Source: Chthoniobacterales bacterium
GTDB lineage: Bacteria; Verrucomicrobiota; Verrucomicrobiia; Chthoniobacterales; Chthoniobacteraceae
Assembly: GCA_038238025.1 (NCBI GenBank)
Contig: JBBRYC010000013.1
Location: 6,356-70,355, forward strand
DNA: 64,000 nt
Reading direction: 5' to 3'
Within the stretch, counting starts at the first letter, position 1. Each line of letters starts with the position of its first letter. Both the position numbers and the translations under genes were made by a program. Below, in pieces: positions 10,622 to 19,293 of this stretch. The notes under the pieces were generated by a model, which searched no databases, had not been told where the DNA came from, and saw nothing but the letters and a program-made list of their open reading frames with translations.

Positions 10622-11734
10622 TCACTTCTTTGCCGGAACCGGATGGGCGACCAGATTCGCTACGGCCTGCTTCAGCTTGTCCAGCGCGGCGGCATCCGCG
10701 GGGAGCGCTTCGGTTCCGAACGCGGGGAGCAAATGATCCCAGATCGCGTTCATCTCGTTTTGAAATCCGTTCGTGTCGGCGGTAATCGCGATCACGGCAT
10801 CCTTCTCGGGAATCACCACGCAAAGCTGGCCGGCACGACCGTCGCCGCGGAATGCATTGTGGGTGCAGCGCCAAAACTGGAAGCCGTAGCCCTGCTTCCA
10901 ATCAATGCCGATGCCCGCATGGCCTTCCTGGTCGTTCGGCACCTGCTTGTTCGTGGCCTGTTCGACCCACTTTTCCGGGAGCAACTGTTTGCCGTTCCAC
11001 TTTCCATTTTGCAGGTAGAGCTGGCCGAACTTCGCGATGTCTTCCGTGCAAAGCCAGAGGCCGTAGCCGCCGAGTGAACTGCCTTCGGGGCTGGCGTCCC
11101 ACTTCGGATTTTCAATGCCGAGTGGCTCGAACAATCGCGGCTTCAGAAAATCGAGCGAAGTCGCGCCGGTGACCTTCGTGACGATGGCGGAGAGCATGTA
11201 GCTGCCGTACGTGTTGTATTTAAAATGCGTGCCCGGCGCGTGCGGGACGGACTGCGCGAGGAACTGTTTCACCGTCGGCGCGTTGTCGGTGATCTTCGGC
11301 TCGGCGTCGTGGCCACAGGTCATGGTGAGAAGGTCGCGCACCTTCATGGCCTTTAGATTGTCGGAAGCATCCGCCGGCGCGTCCGCGGGGAAGAACTTCA
11401 GCACGGGATCGTCCAGGCTCAGCTTTCCCTCCGCGATGGCGAGGCCGACGGCGGTGGAGTTGAAGCTCTTGCTGAGCGACCACAGCACATGCGGCCTGTC
11501 CGCCGCCTCGGGCTTCCACCATCCCTCGGCGATGACCTGCCCGTGACGCACGATCATGAAACTGTGCAGCGTGTGGATCTTGTCCACTGCTTCCACAAAT
11601 TCGCCGATGCTCTTCGAGGAAATGCCCTGCGCCTCCGGCGTGCTCCGAGGCAACGGCGTGGCTGCGTGCGAGCCGGTGAGCGAGGTGAGCAATGCTGCGG
11701 CGATGAGCGCCGGGAGGAGGAGAATGTTTTTCAT
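10622..11734 (-). CDS. serine hydrolase, beta-lactamase/transpeptidase-like family
   Basis: Signal peptide MKNILLLPALIAAALLTSLTGSHA. S-x-x-K active-site motif (WSLSKSF). Class-C beta-lactamase-like length and sequence. Confidence 0.9.
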   Translation of the reverse strand: MKNILLLPALIAAALLTSLTGSHAATPLPRSTPEAQGISSKSIGEFVEAVDKIHTLHSFMIVRHGQVIAEGWWKPEAADRPHVLWSLSKSFNSTAVGLAIAEGKLSLDDPVLKFFPADAPADASDNLKAMKVRDLLTMTCGHDAEPKITDNAPTVKQFLAQSVPHAPGTHFKYNTYGSYMLSAIVTKVTGATSLDFLKPRLFEPLGIENPKWDASPEGSSLGGYGLWLCTEDIAKFGQLYLQNGKWNGKQLLPEKWVEQATNKQVPNDQEGHAGIGIDWKQGYGFQFWRCTHNAFRGDGRAGQLCVVIPEKDAVIAITADTNGFQNEMNAIWDHLLPAFGTEALPADAAALDKLKQAVANLVAHPVPAKK

Positions 11735-11816
11735 GATGAGGGAGAGGGTCGCGGATTCCGGTTTATCCGGCGTTCGTCGCGATGGCGAAATCCGTTTTCA
11801 GCCGTGAAGGCGGCAG

Positions 11817-11925
11817 TTTTGAAACGCAGAGACGCAGAGACGCAGAGACGCAGAGGAAGGAGATGATGGTGAGAGCGGATCATCTGCACCGCTTTCTCCG
11901 CGTCTCTGCGTCTCCGCGTTTAATT
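11817..11925. repeat. hairpin element whose arms are 8-mer tandem repeats (CGCAGAGA)n; same family as 54618..54738
   Basis: The left arm TTGAAACGCAGAGACGCAGAGACGCAGAGACGCAGAGG is complementary to the right arm CTCCGCGTCTCTGCGTCTCCGCGTTTAA. Intergenic position. Confidence 0.85.
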
Positions 11926-12011
11926 TTTTCCTTTCGGTACACATTCTTAACCATCATCGGCCCGCCGTTTCAAACGGGCGCGCACGCGGATGTCCCGGAG
12001 CGCAGGCCGCC

Positions 12012-13085
12012 TCAGAGACCCTTCGGCAGATCCTTGAATGCGTCTTTGAGAGCCTTCTCCGCTTCCTTTTTGATGGCGTCAATTTCTGCTGCGGGATCGC
12101 TTGCGGCGGGTGGTGTTGCCGACTCGGCACCGTCCCAATTGAGGCCATCGGCGAAAATTTTGATGGTGCTGCCCGACGCCGACGGCTGAATCATGATCGT
12201 CAGCTTGGCGTCGCCCAGTTCGCGCTTGAGGATGGCGTTCTTCGGTCCCTTCAACTCGCCGCGGCCGTCCTTCCAGCCCTGCTGCTTGAGCCCGGCCGAA
12301 AGTTCGCTGACCACCGCTGCGACTGGCTGCCCGCTGGTGAGGTGAATCTGCTTCACCAGCGCCTTGTATTGCACGTCCGCCGCATCCTTGGGGAGTGGCA
12401 GGCTCCGGGCGGAGATGGTCGGGGTGACGGCAACCTTGGCAGCCTTTGGGGCCCTGGCTGGTTTGGCAGGCGTTTCGCCCGGTGCAGCCGGCACATTTGC
12501 GCCCGGATTGGGCGGCGTTGCGCCCGCCTTCGCAGGAGCGATGCCCGCCGAGCGCAGCTTCTCCGGCAGCGGCGCGGCAAAGGTGAGGTCCACTTCCCAC
12601 TTTTGTCCAAACGCATCGAGCGTCCCGCCCGTGGTTACATGTCCGGTGACATTTCCGCCGGCGATCTTGAACTCGGCCATCTTAATCTCCCCGACCGAGC
12701 TGAATCCCGATTTCTTGTGCGCGCTGTGGGCCACCTCGCAGCCGAAGATTTGACCATCGTAAAACACGCTCAGAATGAGCGCGCTGCCGAGCTTCCCGAA
12801 GCCCGCATCCCACGATGGCTTCTTCGACGTTGCGGGATTTTTCTCGGTGAAAATCAGCTTCACCGCTGGCTTCCCGCTGAACTCCTCGCGCTCCTCGACG
12901 AGGACAAACTGGATCGCGGCCGCCTTGCCGTCGCCGATGAACTTGCCGGTGACCGAGGGCTTCAAGGGCGGTTCGAACTTCGCGGGAGATGCAGTGGCGT
13001 CCTGGGCAGAGGCGATCCCGGCAAAACAGGTGGTGGCGAGGATGGCGGCGAGCAGCCAGGAGCGAAGGGTGCGGCAGGTTTTCAT
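12012..13085 (-). CDS. hypothetical secreted protein
   Basis: Internal ATG (M11 of track ORF 12012..13115) precedes the signal peptide MKTCRTLRSWLLAAILATTCFAGIASA. Contains a Pro/Ala-rich linker. No recognised domain. Confidence 0.7.
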   Translation of the reverse strand: MKTCRTLRSWLLAAILATTCFAGIASAQDATASPAKFEPPLKPSVTGKFIGDGKAAAIQFVLVEEREEFSGKPAVKLIFTEKNPATSKKPSWDAGFGKLGSALILSVFYDGQIFGCEVAHSAHKKSGFSSVGEIKMAEFKIAGGNVTGHVTTGGTLDAFGQKWEVDLTFAAPLPEKLRSAGIAPAKAGATPPNPGANVPAAPGETPAKPARAPKAAKVAVTPTISARSLPLPKDAADVQYKALVKQIHLTSGQPVAAVVSELSAGLKQQGWKDGRGELKGPKNAILKRELGDAKLTIMIQPSASGSTIKIFADGLNWDGAESATPPAASDPAAEIDAIKKEAEKALKDAFKDLPKGL

Positions 13086-13401
13086 GGGATGGGTGGAGAT
13101 GGGAAATTGGGGCAAAGCGTGCCTGCCGAAGAAATCGAACTCCAGCCGGAACTGTCCCGTTCGGTGCGCTCAGTGCTCCAGCGCCGCGATTGGGATCATG
13201 TCGCCGGACTATCGCGCCTGCGAGACTGAGGTTTTCCTGCCGTCGGATTTCGTCGGGAATCTGGGAGTGATGCTGAAGGGGAAAAGCCGGGGCGCGGTTG
13301 AAGGCATCGCGCGGGCGGCGGCTGCACCGTGAGCGAAGGATGGGGCGTCCATTTTCAAAAACCCGCTGGCTGTCCCGCGACTGCGGCGTGATGCTCGGGG
13401 C

Positions 13402-14103
13402 ATGAAGATCACCGTCCGCAAATCCGGCGAACGCGGGCTCGCCGAGCATGGCTGGCTCAGCTCGCGGCACACGTTTAGCTTTGCGGATTACCACGATCCT
13501 GCGCACATGGGTTTCCGTTCGCTGCGGGTGATCAATGAGGATCACGTCGCGCCCGGCGCCGGCTTCCCGACGCATCCGCACCGGGACATGGAGATTTTCA
13601 GCTACGTGGTCGCGGGCTCGATGCAGCACCGGGACAGCATGGGCAACGGGCGGGTGCTGCTGCCGGGGCAGATTCAGCTCATGAGCGCGGGCACCGGGGT
13701 GACGCACAGCGAATTCAATCCCTCGGCGAAGGAGGCGCTGCATCTCCTGCAAATCTGGATCACGCCTCGCGAGCGGGGGCTGACGCCGGGCTACACGGAG
13801 TGGCACCCCGACGCGGCGCGCGACGGCGATGCGAAGGTGCTCGTCATCTCACCCGACGGACGCGAGGGCTCGGCGCTGATCCACCAGGATGCGGATGTGT
13901 TCCGCGTGCGGCTGCGCGCGGGGCAGCGCGTGTCGCACGACGTGCGTCCGGGGCGCGGGGCGTGGCTCCAGCTCATCGCGGGGAGCGTGAGCGCGAATGG
14001 CGCGGCTCTCGTCGCGGGCGACGCGGCGAGCACGGACGACGCGGGGGCGATCACGATCGCAGCGGGCGAGGACTCCGAGGCGCTGCTGTTCGATCTCGCG
14101 TGA
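13402..14103 (+). CDS. pirin family protein (YhhW-like bicupin)
   Basis: Motifs HGWLSSRHTFSFADYHDP, GFPTHPHRDMEIFSYVVAG and the pirin-typical HSEFN. Confidence 0.9.
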   Translation: MKITVRKSGERGLAEHGWLSSRHTFSFADYHDPAHMGFRSLRVINEDHVAPGAGFPTHPHRDMEIFSYVVAGSMQHRDSMGNGRVLLPGQIQLMSAGTGVTHSEFNPSAKEALHLLQIWITPRERGLTPGYTEWHPDAARDGDAKVLVISPDGREGSALIHQDADVFRVRLRAGQRVSHDVRPGRGAWLQLIAGSVSANGAALVAGDAASTDDAGAITIAAGEDSEALLFDLA

Positions 14104-14128
14104 AGATTTCCGCCGCGAGACCCGTCCG

Positions 14129-14593
14129 CTATCGGATCGGGTCGGCGATGAGCCGGTGCGGTGCGCCGTATTTCTGATCGTAGTCCAGCCAGTGGACGTC
14201 CGATGCGTCGAAGGTGATGGTCAGGATGCGCCAGCGGTTGCCTTCCTTTTTCAGCAGCGCAGTCACGCCGCCGTAGAGCATCCCGGCTTCGATCTCGGAT
14301 TTTGTCTCGCGCGGGTTATCGCGGAATGCCTTCGACTTGCGGAAGTCCACGGGGTTGCCGTTTGGCTGGATGGCGGTGCCGAGGAAGAACACCCAGTCGC
14401 CCATCACGCGCAGCTCGCTGACCTTGAACACGACGGCCTGCCCGAGGTGTTCCTCGGCGGGAATGCGGATCGTGTCCATGAGCTGCTTGCGGAGCGCGGA
14501 GCCGGCGGGCGGAGTGAAATAGGGCGCCTTTTCCCCTGCCGGCGCGGTGACTGTGAGGCCGGCGAGGAGGACGAGGAGAAGGATGGAGCGCAT
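14129..14593 (-). CDS. hypothetical secreted protein
   Basis: 154-aa ORF with the signal peptide MRSILLLVLLAGLTVTAPAG. No recognised domain. Confidence 0.65.
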   Translation of the reverse strand: MRSILLLVLLAGLTVTAPAGEKAPYFTPPAGSALRKQLMDTIRIPAEEHLGQAVVFKVSELRVMGDWVFFLGTAIQPNGNPVDFRKSKAFRDNPRETKSEIEAGMLYGGVTALLKKEGNRWRILTITFDASDVHWLDYDQKYGAPHRLIADPIR

Positions 14594-14690
14594 GGCGATC
14601 CATTAGCGGCGCGCGGGTGAAAGCGCAATGTCCGAACGGCGCGACAGGGCCCGTTCGCGAAGGGAGCAAACTGACGCGGGATGCGCGGGC

Positions 14691-15287
14691 CTACTTTTTC
14701 TTCGGCTGCTTCACGGCGCGCGGCTTGCCGGCCCAGTCTCCGGTGATCGTGACGGGCGTGTCGCGCTCGACCCATTCGTAGAAACGCTTCGCGGGGTTGT
14801 CGCCGCTGGCCGGCAGGCGGATGCAGCCGTGCGAGGCGGGATAGTCCGGCACGTACGAGAAGCCGTGGATGAAGAAGTGGCCGTGTACCTGCACGCTCCA
14901 AGGCATCGGGGCGTTGTGGAAAAGCCGGGAATAATGCATCCGCTCCTTGTCCCCCGCGGTGAACTCCCCCGACGGCGTCCGCCATCCCATGCGCCCGGTG
15001 CTCACGCGGCTCTGCATGACGAGGCGCTCGCCCTCGTAGGCGAAAAGCATCTGCTCGGTCTTGTCCACGACGACGCGCTTTTCGATGACGGGCGGCTCGG
15101 GTGGCACAGTCGGTAATGGAGGTGCAGGCACGGACGGCGCAGGGAGTGCGGGCGGTGCAGGCGGGGTTTCCGTCTGCGCAAATGCGCGCGGCACAAACAC
15201 GCACAGCACGATGATGAATGACACCAGCCAGCGCCCGAAGAATGCCGGTGAAGGTGTGCTGTCAGTTTCCATCGTCATAAGTTTCAT
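14691..15287 (-). CDS. L,D-transpeptidase (YkuD domain)
   Basis: N-terminal transmembrane segment followed by a Pro-rich linker. Catalytic motif HGFSYVPDYPASHGCIRLP (H-x(n)-SHGCIR). Confidence 0.85.
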   Translation of the reverse strand: MKLMTMETDSTPSPAFFGRWLVSFIIVLCVFVPRAFAQTETPPAPPALPAPSVPAPPLPTVPPEPPVIEKRVVVDKTEQMLFAYEGERLVMQSRVSTGRMGWRTPSGEFTAGDKERMHYSRLFHNAPMPWSVQVHGHFFIHGFSYVPDYPASHGCIRLPASGDNPAKRFYEWVERDTPVTITGDWAGKPRAVKQPKKK

Positions 15288-15423
15288 GAACCATCCGCAT
15301 ACTCATTCCTGCCGCAAGTCCGCGCCAATGGCAATGCGGATCGCAGGGCAGGCGCATTAAAATATTTCGCCAGCCCGATGATGGAAATTTCGCAGCATCA
15401 AGGGAGATGCGTGCGGCAGACTC

Positions 15424-15549
15424 AACATCTTGCATCTTACATCTAACATCTTACATCTAACATCTAACATCTAACATCTAACATCTAACATCTAACATCT
15501 AACATCTAACATCTAACATCTAACATCTAACACTTAACACTTAACACTT
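15424..15549. repeat. heptanucleotide tandem repeat, about 18 units (AACATCT, drifting to AACACTT at the 3' end)
   Basis: Read directly from the sequence. There are 3-4 variant units, then about 10 perfect AACATCT units, then 3 AACACTT units. Intergenic, 137-260 nt upstream of the L,D-transpeptidase start. Confidence 0.95.
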
Positions 15550-15728
15550 AACTCTGAGCGCCTAATGAATGGCAATCCGATGCGGGGACGCCTGCCCTTA
15601 AAAGTTAAGCGTCAGACGTTCGATGTTAGGCGTTGAGCCCCGCGCAGCGGCCTTTCGCTGACAATGTCTGCGCCGCAGTTTTTTATGCGTCAGCCCTGCA
15701 CGACTAAGCCGGAGCACCGCACCCCCGA

Positions 15729-16970
15729 TCACCATCCCGGCGGCAAATCCGTCAGCGTGCCTTTCAGGATCGCATGGATCGCCTGCTTCTCCGCGACGGG
15801 CAGGCAGGCGTATTCCTTCACCGGCTTATCGACGCTGAGCGCCTCGCGCAGGCGGATGTAAATTTGCTGCTTCATCCGCGCGGGCAGGCCCTGAAACTCG
15901 GGGCTGTAAATCATGTAACTGCACCGGAAGCGGAACAGCCGCGTGCGCAGATCGAAGTCCCGAAGCGAAGCGCCCTGCACCACGCGGCGCTTCGCGAGAA
16001 AGTCCGCCTTGAACGCGCCGTCGCCCTCGATACCGCCCGTGGGCAGCGGCACTTCGTCTGCGAAGAGGAGATAGCGGGTGACGATGCGCGCCTGTTCATC
16101 CAGCTCCGAATAGTGCGCCGGGGTGAGCGTGCCCTTGTCGAGATGGAACGCGGTGCGCGCGCGATACGATGCCTGGAGGATGCGGTTCGCGGCGCCAGCC
16201 TGGTGCTCATGCACGAGCTGCGGCAGGATGTCGCTCGTGGCGACGGGATATTTTGCAAAATCAAAAAGCTGTCCGGGGCTGATCACGGACTTCGAGATGT
16301 CCTCGCCCGAATAGCGCCCAATCACATTTCCCCACTCGCCCGCGATGCCGCGGTCGCCGCTCACATACCAGCCGCCGAATCGCTCGGCAAACGGGATGGC
16401 GTGGCCGGTCTGCCCGGCGCGGAAAGTTTTCAGGCTGCCGCCGGTCGGGCCGGGGATCACGGACTTGATCACGATGCCCGGCACGAAGCCGGTGTCCTCG
16501 CGCGTGTGGCAGTTCACGCACTTCTCCGAGCGCTCGACGGCCATCGGGCGCGAGCCGAGCGGGATGTCGAACATGTAAAAAATCGCGCCAAGCTCCGGGT
16601 CCATCGAGAGGATTTCGATTTTCGCGCCGGGGATGTAGCCGACGTAGAGGCCGTCGTTGAAAAAGATCGCGCGCGGATTTCGCGGAGTGATGAAGCGGAG
16701 CTGCAGGCTCGTCGTGGAGAAGACGAGCATCTGCGACGTCGCGGGGATATCGAGCGCCTTGAGCAGGCTGATGACGAATGCCTTTTCGCCGCTGTGATCC
16801 AGCGGGATGCGGCCGGACTCGAGATCGGCCCTCAGCTTTGTGAAACGATCTTTCAGGGGGGCCGTGTGGTAGTTGTGCGGCGGCTCGTCGAAATCCTTGT
16901 AGCTCTGCTCTGCGCACGCGGACGCGGCGAGCAGGATGCCGGGCAGAGCTGTGAGGAGCCGGAATGTCAT
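15729..16970 (-). CDS. hypothetical secreted protein with a single CXXCH haem-binding motif
   Basis: Internal ATG (M40 of track ORF 15729..17087) precedes the signal peptide MTFRLLTALPGILLAASACA. Contains the EKCVNCH motif. Family not recognised. Confidence 0.75.
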   Translation of the reverse strand: MTFRLLTALPGILLAASACAEQSYKDFDEPPHNYHTAPLKDRFTKLRADLESGRIPLDHSGEKAFVISLLKALDIPATSQMLVFSTTSLQLRFITPRNPRAIFFNDGLYVGYIPGAKIEILSMDPELGAIFYMFDIPLGSRPMAVERSEKCVNCHTREDTGFVPGIVIKSVIPGPTGGSLKTFRAGQTGHAIPFAERFGGWYVSGDRGIAGEWGNVIGRYSGEDISKSVISPGQLFDFAKYPVATSDILPQLVHEHQAGAANRILQASYRARTAFHLDKGTLTPAHYSELDEQARIVTRYLLFADEVPLPTGGIEGDGAFKADFLAKRRVVQGASLRDFDLRTRLFRFRCSYMIYSPEFQGLPARMKQQIYIRLREALSVDKPVKEYACLPVAEKQAIHAILKGTLTDLPPGW

Positions 16971-17154
16971 GAGCGGTGCGAATGTAGATGTCTGATTCCC
17001 GGTGAACAAGGCTGCGTTCCTGCCAGAAGGCCGCGCGGGTGTGATTGGACGAATGTCCATTTCCTCGGATCGGCTTTCAAATCGCACCCAACCGCACTCC
17101 CTCCCAAATTCCGCGGAGCAAATTCACGGCACAATGCTATTCTCCAGCGCAACG

Positions 17155-17877
17155 ATGCCAGCTTTCACCACCCGCGAAGAACTCCTCGGACTCGCCACCG
17201 CATTTCGCGACACGGCTGCGGCGGACTTGAAGCGCGCGGAGACTGCGGACGATGTCCACGCGCTGACGCTGCGCGCACACGCGCGGCTGAACGAACTCGA
17301 GACGCAGCTCTTTGCCGAACATCGCGTGTGCGTGGACTGCAAGGCGGGCTGCGGGACGTGCTGCCACCTCGGGAAAATTGACGCGCGCGCGCATGAGATT
17401 TTCGCGCTCGCGGACTGGATCACGCGGAATTTTTCCAGCGATGAACGCGATGCGGTGCTCGGACGCGCGCAGGCACACGCGGCTGCGGTCGCACCGCTCA
17501 CGCTCGAACAACACCTCCGCACCGTGCGCGCGTGTCCCCTGCTCCGCGACATGAGTTGCAGCGCGCACCCCGCGCGGCCCGGCGTGTGCCGCATCGGGCA
17601 CTCGGTGGATGTGCGGATTTGCGAGCGGGCGTTTCAAAATCCAAACGACCTTACGGCGAAGGGCGGATCGCACGCGGTGTCGAAGCTCGCGATGACGGTC
17701 GCAAGCGACGGCACATCGTTCGCATTTCTCGAAGCGGGCCTCGACAAGACTGCCTACGATCTCGGCAGCGCGCTGGCGGAGGCGCTCGGCGATCCCTCCG
17801 CACAGGAACGCTGGCTCGCGGGCGGACGCGCATTTTCAAAATCCGCAATCGCGAAGCAGGAGCCGGCGGCGGACTAG
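17155..17877 (+). CDS. YkgJ family cysteine-cluster protein (UPF0153)
   Basis: Motifs CVDCKAGCGTCCH and CPLLRDMSCSAHPARPGVCR. The start is uncertain; ATGs at 17134 and 17155 are both possible. Confidence 0.75.
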   Translation: MPAFTTREELLGLATAFRDTAAADLKRAETADDVHALTLRAHARLNELETQLFAEHRVCVDCKAGCGTCCHLGKIDARAHEIFALADWITRNFSSDERDAVLGRAQAHAAAVAPLTLEQHLRTVRACPLLRDMSCSAHPARPGVCRIGHSVDVRICERAFQNPNDLTAKGGSHAVSKLAMTVASDGTSFAFLEAGLDKTAYDLGSALAEALGDPSAQERWLAGGRAFSKSAIAKQEPAAD

Positions 17878-18183
17878 TGCTGCGTCAGCGGTGAAATGAT
17901 GGGTTCGTGTATGTCTCTTGCCCCGCAGGGGCATCGGAAAATAGGCGGGGGTCGAGCGAGGAACGAGCGACACCCCCGGACTTGCATCCAAAACGAGAAA
18001 CCGCCCCGGCGGGGCGGCGGAAGCGTGGCCGCGAGCATTCCGGCGCACCCTCCGGGACGCATTCGCATTCGCCGCTGATCCGGGGGTGCCGCTCGCTGCG
18101 CTCCCTCTACCCCCGGCTATTGGCCGTTGCCCCTGCGGGGCAAAAGACGCGTCCGAACCCATCACTTCACGCATGACGCAGCA
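17877..18183. repeat. 307-bp composite palindrome: two inverted ~100-bp units around a ~95-bp centre
   Basis: The ends GTGCTGCGTCAGCGGTGAAATGATGGGTTCG and CGAACCCATCACTTCACGCATGACGCAGCAC are reverse complements. The inner arms (..TTGCCCCGCAGGGGCA..GGGGGT..ACCCCCGG) pair at about 80 percent. Confidence 0.85.
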
Positions 18184-18194
18184 CTGGATTTTAT

Positions 18195-18329
18195 GGAACC
18201 ACGGATTGCACGGATGACACGGATGGGCAGATCTCGCCCGACGGGTGGCGCCCGCCACTTGCGCCAAAAGTTTTTGCACGGCAGCCAACCGGCCATTTTT
18301 CATCCGCGCCATCCGTGCAATCCGTGGTC
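18195..18329. repeat. inverted-repeat hairpin element with CATCCGTG-type arms
   Basis: GGAACCACGGATTGCACGGATGACACGGATG at the left end pairs with CATCCGCGCCATCCGTGCAATCCGTGGTC at the right end. About 75-nt spacer. Confidence 0.8.
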
Positions 18330-18417
18330 AATCTCATCGTCGTTTCCACGATCAGCGGCAATGGGCGAGTGAATTTCCCCTCGCGCGGCGCGGGGCGGCT
18401 TCGTAACTATCCGGGCA

Positions 18418-19293
18418 ATGAGAAGCATGACCGGATACGGCCGCGGACAAAGCGTGCATGATGGCGCGAAGTTCACCGTCGAACTCAACTCGGTGAACCG
18501 CAAGCAGAGCGACGTGGTCGTGAGCCTGCCGCGCGAACTCGCCGAGCTGGAGCCGCGCGTGCGCGATGCGATCAATGCGGAGATCACGCGCGGGCGTCTC
18601 ACGGTGGTCATCGCATTTCACGCCGGAGCGAGCACGCCGCAGAATCTCGCGCTCGATCACCAGCTCGCGCGCACTTACTATGATGCGATGCTCGAACTTC
18701 AGAAGGAGCTGGGCGCGGGCGGTACCATCAGCATCGAGACCGTGCTGCGCGCGCCGGGCGTGCTGAAGGCACCGGAGGAGCAACTTTCACCCGACACTTC
18801 ATGGCCGCATGTGGAGTCCGCGCTGCGCGATGCGCTCGCCGATTTGCTGAAGATGCGCGAGAGCGAAGGGAAGCATCTCTCGGTGGACCTCCGCAAGCGG
18901 CTGAAGATCGTGCGCGATGCGGTGAAGAAAGTGCGGAAGCTGCTGCCGGATGTCGTGAAAAAATACCGCCAGCAGCTCCACGATCGGATCACGCGGGCGG
19001 CGATCGATCTGCCGATCGATGACGATCGCCTCGTGAAGGAGGTCGCGATTTTCGCGGACAAGAGCGACGTGACTGAGGAACTCACGCGGCTCGCGAGCCA
19101 CTTCGATCAGTTCGAGCATCACCTCGCAAAGAACGAACCCGTGGGTCGCACGCTGGAATTCATGTGCCAGGAAATCGGGCGCGAATTCAACACGCTCGGT
19201 TCGAAGGCGAACGACGTGGAAATCTCGCAACTCGTCGTGACGTGCAAGGCGGAGATGGAGAAAATCCGCGAGCAGATCCAGAACATCGAATGA
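18418..19293 (+). CDS. yicC: YicC family stress-induced protein (DUF1732)
   Basis: N-terminus MRSMTGYGRG. C-terminal signature DVTEELTRLASH..GRTLEFMCQEIGREFNTLGSKA..KAEMEKIREQIQNIE. Confidence 0.9.
   Translation: MRSMTGYGRGQSVHDGAKFTVELNSVNRKQSDVVVSLPRELAELEPRVRDAINAEITRGRLTVVIAFHAGASTPQNLALDHQLARTYYDAMLELQKELGAGGTISIETVLRAPGVLKAPEEQLSPDTSWPHVESALRDALADLLKMRESEGKHLSVDLRKRLKIVRDAVKKVRKLLPDVVKKYRQQLHDRITRAAIDLPIDDDRLVKEVAIFADKSDVTEELTRLASHFDQFEHHLAKNEPVGRTLEFMCQEIGREFNTLGSKANDVEISQLVVTCKAEMEKIREQIQNIE

Noticed and set aside
15424-15549. CRISPR array or coding-region phase-variation tract.
   Set aside because: The units are contiguous 7-mers without spacers, and no cas genes are present. The tract lies outside any supported CDS, and all frames through it contain frequent stops.
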